From: Octopus sinensis
Lineage: Eukaryota
Assembly (NCBI RefSeq): GCF_006345805.1
Contig: NC_043010.1
Span: 34,596,001 to 34,660,000, forward strand
DNA: 64,000 nt
Direction: 5' to 3'
Part shown: one piece after another, positions 25,501 through 38,472 of the stretch
Numbering within the stretch: the stretch's first letter is position 1
Layout of the letters: each line of letters opens with the position of its first letter
The notes under the pieces: generated by a model
The model's input: the letters and a program-made list of their open reading frames with translations, nothing else
Told to the model about the DNA's origin: nothing
The model's database searches: none
Program-made: the position numbers and the translations under genes

Positions 25501-26373
25501 AAAGAGAATAATGTTAATCATTAAGCATTTCCCAACAACTCTAGGTACCATAAACCCTTTAACAAGAATAATACTAAAGTTAGCTAGTGATGAACATGGG
25601 ACCAAAAATTTATAATACAGAAAACAAATAACTTGAGCTATTCCAAACTGTCAGCAGTAAAAAATAGATATAGCTGTAACAGATTAAACACAAGATCATT
25701 AAATGATAATTGCTTTTAAAAAAATAGTTAATAAGATAATGGTGGTACAAGAAGAATGCACTGATAAAAACTATATTTTCGCAAAAAGTGGAATATTTAA
25801 AGCTAGGTATAGAGAGTATATGTAGTCTTTCTACAGTATACAAAGAAGGAATGCAATGTTTTTTTTGCAACATATCTGGAGCCTGAATAGCAAAGTTTAA
25901 TTATAAATATAATCTAAGCTTCTCGTATACAGATAGCACCACTTCTATGCAAAATAAGTCTGGGGTATGTCCATTCTGCATCAACAGAAAATAGAAAATC
26001 ATTACATAACAAGAATACCAACTCAATACGAGAAACGAGATTGTGTCCTGGTGTATACATTAAAATAGATTTATGTTGAAAAATTGATCTTAGTTACAAG
26101 CAGGGTAAATATCTGATGATGATGATTTAATACTGGCTGTGTGCCAGGGTTGGTGTGTGCGTGTGCATAAGCAACAACAACAAATGCGCATAATCAGTGG
26201 GATAGTAGTGAACTACTGTTTTAATCATGCTAAAAGATAGTAGCCAAAATGGATTGACCAATGGTGATGACTGGTACACAGTCTAATGTAAATGAAATTT
26301 GTGCATGAAACTCATTTACCGACTAAATACTCTTTCCAAATATTACAATATATTATATATATATATATATATT

Positions 26374-26424
<51 letters not shown>

Positions 26425-26427
<3 letters not shown>

Positions 26428-27318
26428 GATGTTCCAGAAGACTTGGGCACATTATAAGTCCTCATATCTGCTAGACTATAATTGGTAGTAAGATGAAACT
26501 GGTACCATTTTAAAGCTAAATTCATTAACTTTTTTTGTAATGCTAATGATTTTTTCATATTTTTCCAAATCCAGTAATGGCGTTCATTCAACCAGAAAAG
26601 GCGTTTTGCATCCTTGAATTTGCAAAAACTGAATCATGGACACTTGTTCAACGTGCATTTTGCACAAAATTCCGAAAAGAGGCACCAGAAAGGAAGTTCA
26701 TATTGAGATGGCATGGTAAATTCATGAAGGATAGGTGTTTTTACCCAGCTAACAGAACGGTACGCCCCTCAACTTCAGATGATATGGTTGAGCGAGTTCG
26801 AACTGCCTTCGAGTGGAGATCCCGTAAATCAATCAGAAGAGCCAGTAGGGACTTCATTTTCCAACAGGATGGGGCACCACTGCACTGGAGCCTCAGGGTT
26901 AGACAGTATCTGAACACAACACTGCTAGACAGATGGATTGGACGTTCTGGGCGAGATGATCACATTCTCATGCCCTGGCCTTCCAGGTCTCCAGATATCT
27001 CACACCCTGCGATTTCTTTTTGGGGCATTTGTGAAAGGACTGGTCTATGTGTCTCCCCTTCCAAAAGACGTGGATGAACTGAAGGCCTGAATAACGAAAG
27101 CTGTTGCAACCATTGACAACGCAATGCTGGAACGCGTTTGGCAAGAATTGGACTATCAGCTTGATGTGTGCCATGTGGCCAACGGTGCTCACATTGAACA
27201 TTCCATAAAAAAAAAACTTGAAATTGCAGGCTTTCAGAATATATCAGATGCGTTTTTATGTCCTTAATAGTTTTCGAGATATTCAATGACAAAATGTGCC
27301 CCAGACTTCTGGAACACC

Positions 27319-27321
<3 letters not shown>
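26425..27321 (+). mobile_element. Internally deleted Tc1/mariner-superfamily transposon (DD41D/rosa-like)
   Basis: TIRs CAGG(A/G)TGTTCCAGAAG(A/T)CT(T/G)GGGCACATT at both ends with TA flanks; ORF 26577 HTH region fused at ~26849 to FQQDGAPLH..RWIGR..WPSRSPD, continuing by frameshift to DFF..VY..GAHIEH. Confidence 0.9.
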
Positions 27322-27354
<33 letters not shown>

Positions 27355-27515
27355 TAAGCAATTAAGGGTTTTGCAACGAATTGCCTCACCACACACCGAA
27401 TTTATATATATATATATGTAATTATATATGTGTATATATATGTATGTATGTTTGTATGTATGTATATGTGTGGTATATATATCTATATATATATATATTA
27501 TATATATATATATAT

Positions 27516-27960
27516 GCGTAGGAGTGGCCGTGTGGTAAGTAGCTTGCTTACGAACCACATGGTTCTGGGTTCAGTCCCACTGCATGGCGCCTTAGGCAAG
27601 TGTCTTCCACTATAGCCTCGGGCCGACCAAAGCCTTGTGAGTAGATTTGGTAGATGGAAACTGAAAGAAGCCCGTCGTATATATGTATGGCGGTGCCCCA
27701 GCATGGCCACAGCTCATGGGCTGAAACTGGAATCAATCAATCAATCAATATATATGTGTATGTTTGTGTGTTGTGTTTGTCTTCCCCAACATCGCTTGAC
27801 AACCGATGCTGGTGTGTTTACGTCCCCGTAACTTAGTGGTTCAGCAAAAGAGACCGATAGAATAAGTACTAGGCTCACAAAGAATAAGTCCTGGGGTTGA
27901 TTTCCTCAGCTAAAGGCGGTGCTCCAGCATGGCCACAGTCAAATGACTGAAACAAGTAAA
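27516..27960 (+). mobile_element. SINE A, full length
   Basis: Same structure as 25078. Confidence 0.85.
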
Positions 27961-28411
27961 TGAGAATGAGAATGAGATATGCATATATGTATGTGTGTGT
28001 GTTCCTCTTGAATTCTTTGTAAACTCTTAAATATATCTCCTTCTGTGTATATATATAAACTACCAAACAAACATGATTTTTATTGAACTCCTAATATTTT
28101 TGTTGAATATTTTCCGAAATACTATCTTGTAAACTGTTTTTAACATTTCTTATTATTATCAAAGAATGTATATATGTATTTTAATACTTTTGTGACAACC
28201 AGTACTTAACATAACAAAGCTTATACAAAGCTTTACATTTTACTTTTGACAATCTTTTTCTAAAAAGAGTGAAACCGGTCAACTGAATAAACATCTTTAA
28301 AATTGCATTTTCAAACCTTCATTCATATATATCTCCACTCATGCGGTACCTTACAACTTCACTTTGTTATATATGTATATATATATATACATGTCTGTAT
28401 ATTCATATATG

Positions 28412-28689
28412 TGTGTAGTATGGATCAGAAAGACACCAACTGCTCTGCCTGCAACAATAAGGCTGAGCTTGTGCCTAAGGAGTTCAAAGATATTCCCAGA
28501 GACACAATGAGAAATGCATGCACCAGGTTCCAGAGCTATCTTGAGGCCATGGTGGAAGCTGAGGATGGTTATTTTGACTAAACTGTTATCTTCTAGCCAT
28601 AATTTAGTAGTTATTTTTTGATTTTTAAAAAATACTTTTTTTTTGTTTCTCCTTTTATGCAAACTCTCAGATTTAATCTGCACACCCTG
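28412..28689 (+). mobile_element. 3' remnant of a maT/DD37D-like Tc1/mariner transposon
   Basis: NKAELV..FKDIPRDTMRNACTRFQSYLEAMVEAEDGYFD*, then a right end reading CAGGGTGTGCAGATTAAATC on the minus strand, followed by TA. Confidence 0.7.
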
Positions 28690-29061
28690 TACATATAATA
28701 TATATGTATATATGTGTGTATGCAGGCATACATATTTTATTTCTGTATTTATATATACATACATATGTATGTATATATAATTTTATGCACAATGCACTGT
28801 AAATCAGGGAAACTTATATAATTTGGATATTTCAAAATCTAGTTGTGGGCAAAATAAAAATGTAAACAAATTCCTTCTAAAGATTTGGTGTCTGGTAAAA
28901 ACAGTGGTCAGACACATGATGGATCATTTCATGGTTTGTTACCCAGCTTCCATCCCCAATCAAACTGCTATAAACTACTATATAAAGCAGTCATAAATTA
29001 AGTTAGCACTGTAGTGGATAGCTTAATTTACATATTTGTGCTTTTCAGGGATTGGCATTAA

Positions 29062-29472
29062 TTATTCTTTTCTACTCAAGGCACAAGGCCTGAAATTTTT
29101 GGAGAGGGGGCCAGTTGATAAGTTGTGCCAGTTGTGCAACTGGTACTTAATTTATCAACCCTAAAAGAATGAAAAGCAAAGTTGATATTGGCAGAATTTG
29201 TACTCAAAATATAAAGACAGACAAAATACAGCTAAGCATTTCGTCTGGTGTGCTAACGTTACTTATTTCTTTATTGCCCACAAGGGGCTAAACATAGAGG
29301 GGACAAACAAGGACAGACAAAGGGATTAAGTCGATTACATCGTAACTGGTACTTAATTTATCGACCCCGAAAGGATGAAAGGCAAAGTTGACCTCGACAG
29401 AATTTGAACTCAGATGAATTACCGCTAAGCATTTTGCCCGGCGTGCTAACGTTTCTGCCCGATTGCCACCTT
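29062..29472 (-). mobile_element. Two SINE B copies
   Basis: Reverse-complement family motifs at 29062-29258 and 29280-29472. Confidence 0.75.
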
Positions 29473-29724
29473 CCATTAATTAAATATTATAACAAAAAAT
29501 CTATAACGAAAAAAAATGAATGAGGAAGGACTATGTAGTGTCTCAAGCAATCAAAATTAGAAGCAAGTCTCCTCTCACATCAGAGTTTACTATTTCGAAC
29601 AGATTGTGAATAATAACGTGATAACGTAGCTTGAACACATGGTATGTCTATAATAAAGGAATATTTATTGGATGGATGGAAAGATTTAATCATGCAGGTC
29701 ATTAGAGGGAGGGCAAGAGGGAAG

Positions 29725-30250
29725 GGAGAAGAAGAAGAAGAAGAAGAAGAAGAAGAAGAAGAAGAAGAAGAAGAAGAAGAAAAGAAGAAGAAAAAGAAGA
29801 CGAAGAAGAAGAAGAAGAAGGGGAAGAGGAGACAGAGAAGAAAAAGGAGACGAAAATGGAAAAGAATAAAGAAGAAGAAGAAGGAGAAGAAGAAGGAGAA
29901 GAAGAAGAAGAAGAAGACGAAGGAGAAGAAGAAGAAGACGAAGGAGAAGAAGAAGACGAAGAAGAAGAAGATGAAGGAGAAGAAGACGAAGAAGATGAAG
30001 AAGAAGGAGGAGGAGGAGGAGAGAAGAAGAGAAGAAGAAGAAGAAAGAAAATAAAAAGGAAAAGGAGAAAGTAAAGAAAAAGGAAAAGAAGGATAAAGAG
30101 GAAGCAAAGGGGGAGAAGAAGAAAAGAATAAGAAGAAGGAAAAGAAGAAAAAAAAAAGAAGAAGGAAAAGATGAAGAGGAGAAGACGGAGAGGAGGGAGA
30201 AGGATATGGAAAAGATGAGGAGAGAAAAGAAGAAGAAATAGCAGCAGCAG
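29725..30250. repeat. ~525-bp purine-rich (GAA/GGA)n tract
   Basis: Direct reading. Confidence 0.95.
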
Positions 30251-30585
30251 GAGCAAATGGAGCCAATTTTCACCGATATCTATTTCAGATTTACGAAAGG
30301 AACCTAATTGTAGTTTGACAAAGAAATAAAATTCTACCAGAAGGCCAAATATCATGTGTACGTGCGTGCATGCATGCGTATGTGTGCGTGTGTGTGTGTG
30401 TGCATGAGGTAGTGAGTGTCCCTGTAATGACTTGCATGTGTTACGATAAAGGTTGTGTTGTGTGAGTATAATATGAAAAAAAAGAAATAGAATGTAGAAC
30501 GATAACAACAACAACAACATCAACAATAATAGCAACAACAGAATCAACAGAACTACTGCGCAATAACCTTTACATAAAAAAATGA

Positions 30586-30623
<38 letters not shown>

Positions 30624-30827
30624 ATATGTATGTATATATATATACAACATATATATATACTATATATATAATCTGTGTACAGGAAAAAGAAGGGAAAGAT
30701 TAAAGCAAGATATGCCTGACTACACAAAGACACATATATATGTATGTATATGTGTGCGTGCGTGTGTGGTGTATGTACTTTTCTTTGTGTCTGAATATAT
30801 ATATATATATATAATATATATATATAT

Positions 30828-31472
30828 ATCATCATCATCGTCGTTTAACGTCCGTTCTCCATGCTAGCATGGGTTGGACGGTTCGACCGGGGTTCTGGGA
30901 AGCCAGAAGGCTGCACCAGGCTCCAGTCTAATTGGCAATGTTTCTACAGCTGGATGCCCTTCCTAACGCCAACCACTCCGTGAGTGTAGTGGGTGCTTTT
31001 TACGTGCCACCTGCACAGGTGCCAGGCGGGGCTGGCAACGGCCACGGTCAGATTGGTGTATTTTATGTGCCACCGGCACGGAAGCCAGTTGAGGCGGTGC
31101 TGGCATCGGCCACGAGTCGGATAGTGCTTTTTACGTACCACCAGACCAGGGATCCTGGCTGGTTCAATTCGATTTCGATTTCGCTTGCCCCAACATGTCT
31201 TCACAAGCAAAGGGGGTTGGCAAGGGTGCCTGTCGTACGGTCGCATTGGAGTATTTTACGTGCCACGGCCACGAGTCGGATAGTGCTTTTTACGTACCAC
31301 CAGACCAGGGATCCTGGCTGGTTCAATTCGATTTCGATTTCGCTGCCCCAACATGTCTTCACAAGCAAAGGGGGTTGGCATGGGTGCCTGTCGTACGGTC
31401 GCATTGGAGTATTTTACGTGCCACGGCCTCGAGTCGGATAGTGCTTTTTACGTACCACCAGGCCAGGGATCC
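30828..31472 (-). mobile_element. Family C copy with ~2.3 internal tandem units of 158-159 bp
   Basis: GGCC(A/T)CGAGTCGG recurs at 31108, 31267 and 31425. Confidence 0.8.
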
Positions 31473-32039
31473 TATGCAAATGTATATATACATACATTTA
31501 CATACACACACCCATATATATGTGTGTGTATGTATATACACATACATATACATACATATATATATACACAGATTTCTTTTGTGTAATCCCTTTTGGGGGG
31601 GGGCAGTTTTGAGAGAAAGATTATGTGTATACATGAGTGATTAATATTACGTAAGAGTTCACGTCTTTTGTTTTGTTCTGTTGGCAGCTGTATATGATGT
31701 CACACATAGATAGTATTGATTTCTAACATTTTGCCAATAGATAATATTGATCTGGTGGTTGTATACTCCAGCCAGTGTGTCACAACATCTTGTTGAAGCC
31801 CCATGGCTGGATAGGCATTTGATCTCTACTAGAGCCCATTGCTTTATGGGCACAGATTTAGCATTTGATTGAATAGGTTCCAGATCTTAACTGGTACTTT
31901 ATTTTATTGACACTAGAAGAAGGCAAAAATCAATATTGTGTGTGTGTGTGTATGTGTGTGTGTGTATAGTGAAGGTGCATGGCTTAGTGGTTTGAGCTTG
32001 AGGCTCACAATCATGAGGTTGTTGTTTATTCCTTCTCAA

Positions 32040-32590
32040 GCCATGCCTAGCCCATAGGGCCAGTTTCCCTGTTTCCTTGGCATATAGGTTCCCTACCTGG
32101 ATGGAACACCAGTCCATTACAAGTGAGCTGCAAGATGCAGGAGGAAAGAGTTAGAGAAATTTGTGGCAAAAGAGTCAACAGAAGTTTGCCATTACCTTCT
32201 GCTGGAGTTGCGTGGGGTTTAGGTGTTTCGCTCATAAACACACACATCGCCCGGTCTGAGATTCAAACCCGTGATCCCTCGACTGCAAGTCCGCAGCTCT
32301 AACCACTAGGCCATGTGCTTCCACACAATCATGAGGTAGTGAGTTTGATTTCTAGACTGAGCTGTGTGTTGAATTCTTGAGCAAGACATTTTATTTCATC
32401 TTGCTTCAGTTCACTCAGCTGTAGAAATGAGTTGCGACATCACAGGTGCCGAGCTGTATGGGCCTTTACCTTTCCCTTGGATAACATCAGTGGTGTGGAG
32501 AGGGGAGGCTGGTATGCATGGGTGACTACATGGACTCGTGCCTTGGAGGGTAACTTTCTATTTGCAATCCCATGGTCATTCATGTATGTA
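32040..32590. mobile_element. SINE D-like copy (-) inserted in or adjacent to a SINE G copy (+)
   Basis: Family motifs at 32040-32322 (-) and 32325-32590 (+). Confidence 0.65.
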
Positions 32591-33140
32591 TATGTATCTA
32601 TCTACACACACACATATACACCAAAGATTATATGATGCAACTCACTTTTATGAAGCCTGTCAACCACCCCTTACAAGTAACCTAAAACCTGAGTTTGTTT
32701 TTATAGTGTGCTGGTTCATCTGATACTTTCTTCCCAAACATAGAATTTTGGGTTCAGCCCCACTGCTTGGAACTTTGAAGTGGTTTCTACTAGAGACCTT
32801 GGGAGTGGATAGATAGCTGGAAATTGTGTGTGTGTGTGTGTGTGTTTGTGTGTGTGCGTGCTTGTGTGAGTGTACACACACACACATGATGTACTATATA
32901 TGCACAGGTGTGGCTGTATGGTAAGAAGCTTGCTTCCCAACCACATGGTCATGGGTTCAGTCCCACTGCATGACACCTTGGACAAGTGTCATTTTTTATA
33001 GCCTCAGGCTGACTAAAAGTGGGTGGATTTGTTAGATGGAAACTGAAAGAAGCCTGTTGTGTATAAATATATATATATATATATATATACAGTTCTGGTC
33101 ACACCATCCAACCCATGCCAGCATGGACAATGGACATTAA

Positions 33141-33179
<39 letters not shown>

Positions 33180-35257
33180 TATATTTCAGTTCATCTATGG
33201 CAGTTTTATCCCTTGCTACATACACACAAACATAATGATTTGGAAAACTGTGCCAATGTCATTGGGATTCAATTAATTACCAGTTAAAACAAAAATTTTC
33301 AGTCAAAAGGCTCTCTCATAAGCAAAAATGTGGAAAATGTGCTAATTTCTTAGAGGTCCATTGTTTATGTTGCTGTAAACATGACGTGGGGCAACATGCA
33401 ATGCTCAATGTTAAAATTTATAGGCAATCAATTGGTTTTAGTTTCATCTGTACCACTGTGGTCTGATAATATTAACGAAAATATAGCTTAGAAGAAATAT
33501 CATTTGCATAAAGTTTAGAAACAAATCAATACTAATGCTGATAAGATTATTCTTTGGTCTGTTAATCTCAATGTTAATGGGTATTTCTCAGAACCAAAGG
33601 AATTATTTCATAGGGTGTCATGTTAACCCTTTTGTTACCAAATTCCTATTGAGATGCACAACTTTTGTTTCAATTAATTTGAAAATAATGAAGAATTTAT
33701 TAAAAATAATTTCATCATTATTAAGCTGATGCTTGGGAAATAAATTAGCATGAAATTCTAATGCTTTAAAACAAAGTTTGTATAGTAGGAGCAATTGTGG
33801 TCTCAGGTAGGTTGATGTCAAAAGGATTAAATCTGCTCAGGCTACAACTTGTTTGAGAACTATGCATGAACAACCTGGAAAACTGTCACAATTCATGCCT
33901 GGTACAACCTGATGATGATCCTGGGTACCTTTGGAAGTTTTCATGTTCCCGAAGCAGAAGCAAAATGTGGTTTGGGTTTTGGGTAACTTCCAACCATAAC
34001 AGGTGGCTGCTTCTCACCTGTCTGTTGTGTTTCTCTTATCTGTTATCAAATATGTGTGTGTGTGTATGTGTGTGTGTGTGTATGTGTGTGTGTGTGTGTG
34101 TATGTGTGTGTGTATGTATGTATGTATATACATACATACATACATGCATATATACATACATACAAACATACATACACACATACATACACACATACATACA
34201 TACATATATATATATATGTATGTATGTATGTATATACACACAAACATATATATATTGAGGTGTCACATGTTTTCCAAATCTCAAGATCTTTGTATTTATT
34301 TAGTTCTTAAAACTCGTAATATTTTGATTCTGGAAGAATTTTAAGAGAATCACCTACTCTCAGGTTGACAGTGTTATCATTATTGTTGTTGTTGCTGTTG
34401 CTACTACTAGCAACCTGTCAGAATTGTTAGCTTGCTAGGCAAAATGTTTAGTGGCATTTTGTCTGTCTATACATTCTAAGTTCAAATTTTGTCAAGACTG
34501 ACCTTGCCTTTCATCCAAAAACAATTACCAGTTATATGCTAATATTGATTTATTCAATTTTAACCACCACCACTGTCACTACCATCACAGCCACCATTAC
34601 CAGTGGCTGCAGTAAAAAAAATTATGGATTTTTTTTGCAAAGCAACAGTGTGGTCAGTCAGCCCTGTCAAGGGTTTGTTGACTTGTGAAATTGAGCCAAA
34701 CAGCTGTTACCTTGTACAGGGAAGTTCCAACTGTCATTAAAGCCCATTGTAAAAATTGTCCCACTACCTTTAATTGGCAGGCATGTGCAGAGGGTTTTCA
34801 TTTCTGACCAAATCTTTATCAACCTTTCCTTGTATGACTAGAAGCAGAAGATAAGGGTGGAATGAAAATTGTTCTAGTAGATTAAATTTACTGAAAGGCT
34901 GTTAGGGTTAGCCGAAGGTTAACCCTGATTGGGTTAGCTTACGATCAAAGACATTCCATCTACAGCTATCCAGTAATTTTGGGGGTTAATGTATAGGACT
35001 ATGTAGTCCAGTAACACTTTTCTTTACAAGTAATAATATCCAGGGTCCCTTGACAAGATAATTTTCTGAAAGTTAAATGAGACCAGAATGGATTTTTATT
35101 CTCATTTTAATGACTGCATGTGTATGGCAGGAAGAAGCCATTTACCTTGCTGTTCAAGAACAACCTGGAACTTGCAGGAAACTCTATTCTATGTGGATGC
35201 CCCCTTTATGTAATGTACATATGTATGTACAAATGTATGTACATACATGCATATATT

Positions 35258-35409
35258 TAAATTAGAGAAAAACCTCTATTATGTAATTCAAACTATGATA
35301 GACATAAACCAAATCATAAAGAAAAAAATAAAATTTTATTTTTTTCTTTATGATTTGGTTTATGTCTATCATTGCTTGAATTGCACAATAGTGGTTTTTC
35401 TCTAATTTA
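35258..35409. repeat. 152-bp palindrome (fold-back, MITE-like) with a perfect spacerless 78-bp core
   Basis: 35295-35372 is its own reverse complement; outer arms TAAATTAGAGAAAAACC / GGTTTTTCTCTAATTTA. Confidence 0.9.
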
Positions 35410-35490
35410 TATATTATATATTTATATTGTGAAATTTGATTTAATACTAAATTGAATTTTTCCCTGTAAGTTTGGAGTTATACTCCCTAA

Positions 35491-35549
<59 letters not shown>

Positions 35550-35654
35550 CCCTGAAAGGATGAAAAACAAATTATATTTATATGAATATTTGTGTTTAGT
35601 ATGCATAATGCCCTGCCCCATACAATAATACCCTTAGAGGAAATAATGACAATA

Positions 35655-36091
35655 ATAATTCTTTCAAAATTAGCACAAAGCCAGTAATTTTCAAGGTGAG
35701 AAGGTGGAGCAAGTCAATCCCTTCAACCTAGGTATTTGACTAAGTTTATTCTATTGAACCTCAAGCGCATAAAAGGCAGAATTGACCTTGGAAGGATTTG
35801 AACTTAGAACATAAAGAACCAGAAAAAACACTAACAATTCTGCTAGCTGATCACTTTAATAATAATGATAATAAGGCAGTGAGCTGACAGAAATATTAGC
35901 ACGCTGGGCGAAATGCTTAGTGGCATTTGAGCTGTCTTTACGTTCTAAGTTCAAATTCTGCCAGGGTCGACGTTGCCTTTCATGCCTTTGGGGGTTGATA
36001 AATTAAGTACCAGTTGAATACTGGGGTAAATCTAATCGATTGGCCCCCTCCCCAAAAATTTTAGGCCTTGTGCATAGAGTAGAAAAGAATA

Positions 36092-36130
<39 letters not shown>

Positions 36131-36345
36131 GTTTCAAATTTTGGCACGAGGACAGTAATTTTAGGGGAGGGGATAAAACGATTACATTGACCTCAGTGCT
36201 CAACTGGTACCCATTTTATTGACAACAAAAATATAAAAGGCAAAGTCGACCTCAGTGGTATTTGAACTCAGAATGTAAAGAGCCGAAAGAAATGCTGCTA
36301 AGCATATTATCTGACATGCTAACAGTTTTGCTAGTTCACCACCTT
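35655..36345. mobile_element. Three SINE B copies (-, +, -) with (AAT)n
   Basis: Family motifs. Confidence 0.7.
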
Positions 36346-36374
36346 AAAACAAAGACAGCAACAACACCAACAAC

Positions 36375-36410
<36 letters not shown>

Positions 36411-36565
36411 AATGGCAATAATTATAATAATAATTCTGAGGTCCTTGTTGTGACTTAGCAGACAGTATCCCACCCATCCAATAGACACAATATCTTAAGT
36501 CAACAACATCACGATATTGGATATGGTGTAACATCTTTAATAATAATAATAACAATAATAACAAC

Positions 36566-36617
<52 letters not shown>

Positions 36618-36669
36618 TAATAATAGTAATAATAATATCCTAGCTAGGGACAGCAACAATGACAACAAC

Positions 36670-37232
36670 AATCCTTTCTACACTAGACACAAGGCCTGAA
36701 ATTTGCAAAACGGGGACTAGTTGATTACGTTGACCCCCAGTGTTTCACAGGTACTTAATTTATGGACCCTGAAAGGATGAAAGGTAAAGTTGACTTTGGC
36801 AGAATTTGAACTCAGAATGTGAAGACGGACGAAATGCCACTAAGCATTTTGCCCTACTAAAAGCAAAGAGCCTGAAATTTGGCAGAGTGGTACTAGTTGA
36901 CTACATCGACCCCAGTACTCAGCTGGTACTTAATTTATTGACCCTGAAAAGATGAAAGGTAAAGTTGACTTTGGCAGAATTTGAACTCAGAATGTGAAGA
37001 CGGACGAAATGCCACTAAGCATTTTGCCCTACTAAAAGCATAGAGCCTGAAATTTGGCAGAGTGGGACTAGTTGACTACATCGACCCCAGTACTCAGCTG
37101 GTACTTAATTTATTGACCCTGAAAGAATGAAAGGCAAAGTTGACCAGAATTTGAACTCAGAACATGAAGACAGATAAAATACTGCTGAGCATTTCGCCCA
37201 ACAAGGTAATGATTCTGCCAGTTCACCGCCTT
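36670..37232 (-). mobile_element. Tandem triplication of SINE B (175-bp period)
   Basis: CTACTAAAAGCA(A/T)AGAGCCTGAAATTTGGCAGAG at 36854 and 37029. Confidence 0.85.
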
Positions 37233-37543
37233 AACAGTGTTAATAATAATAATGATAATAATAAATAAAAAATAAATGCGCCCTCTTAAAGCCTAGCCAG
37301 GCTCATGGGCCCAGTTTCCCGGTTACAATGACATATGTGTTCTCCAGCTGGACGGAACGCCAGGCCATCGCAGCGTTACTCATTTTTGCCAGCTGAGTGG
37401 ACTGGAGCCACATGAAATGAAGTGTTTTGCTCAAGAACACAACGTGTCGCCTGGTCCAGAAATCAAAACCACAATCTTGCGATCATGATACTGACTCCCT
37501 AACCACTAAGCCACGGGCCTCCACAATTATGATAATGATGATG

Positions 37544-37608
<65 letters not shown>

Positions 37609-38421
37609 GATATCTGATTTAGGCACAAGGCCAGCAATTTTAAGGGGATGGGGTCAGTTAATACCATCTTGACTGATATTTCATCATCAATATTATCATC
37701 ACCATTCTTCTTGTAGTTGTTATTGTTATTATTGTTGCTTACTTAACTAAGAAACTATTACTACTATATTATATGAATATCATGGTTTTTAGTTCAGTAT
37801 CTTTATATAGAGATATGTAATTCAGTGCCATACAGGTTTGTATCAGAGTGGAAGAGAGAGACGTAGAGTGGTAGTGTGAATGAATGAATAAGAAAGAGGA
37901 GGAAGAGGAGAAAGAGGGTAGGAAGAGATAGGAAGAAAAAATGAGTGAAGGAAGAAGAGAGAAACATATGCATACCCGCATACGTACAGAAGAGTTAGAA
38001 GCGGGGGGGAACATCAAAGCTAGACATTCAGCAGAGAATCTATTTCCATCACCTCCATCACTTCTTTCTCCTCACAAAGCATTCAGTCTATAAGTGAGGC
38101 TTTTAGACTTACAAAGCAAAGAGCTGAGTTCAGAGGAGGTAAAGGACATTTGAAGGTGATTACAATAGACTGTGGTAGCCACAGACACGTTAGTTTTATG
38201 TTGGACAAGAATAGCTGAGATTGGATGGTGTGAACGTAGGACAGAATTAGATTGAACAGTTCTACACATTTATGCTATAGGGCAATAAACAGGTAGTCAA
38301 TAAACTTTTGTGACCAGAAGTATCCATCAGTGGGTGACCTGCTCCATTGCTAATGTGTATGCATCAATAGCTAGGCATGTATCTGCACACACATACAGAC
38401 ACGTGTATGTGTGAGTGTGTG

Positions 38422-38472
<51 letters not shown>

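Noticed and set aside
33830-34020. Non-repetitive, coding-looking segment
   Set aside because: Stops in the plausible frames and no recognisable domain
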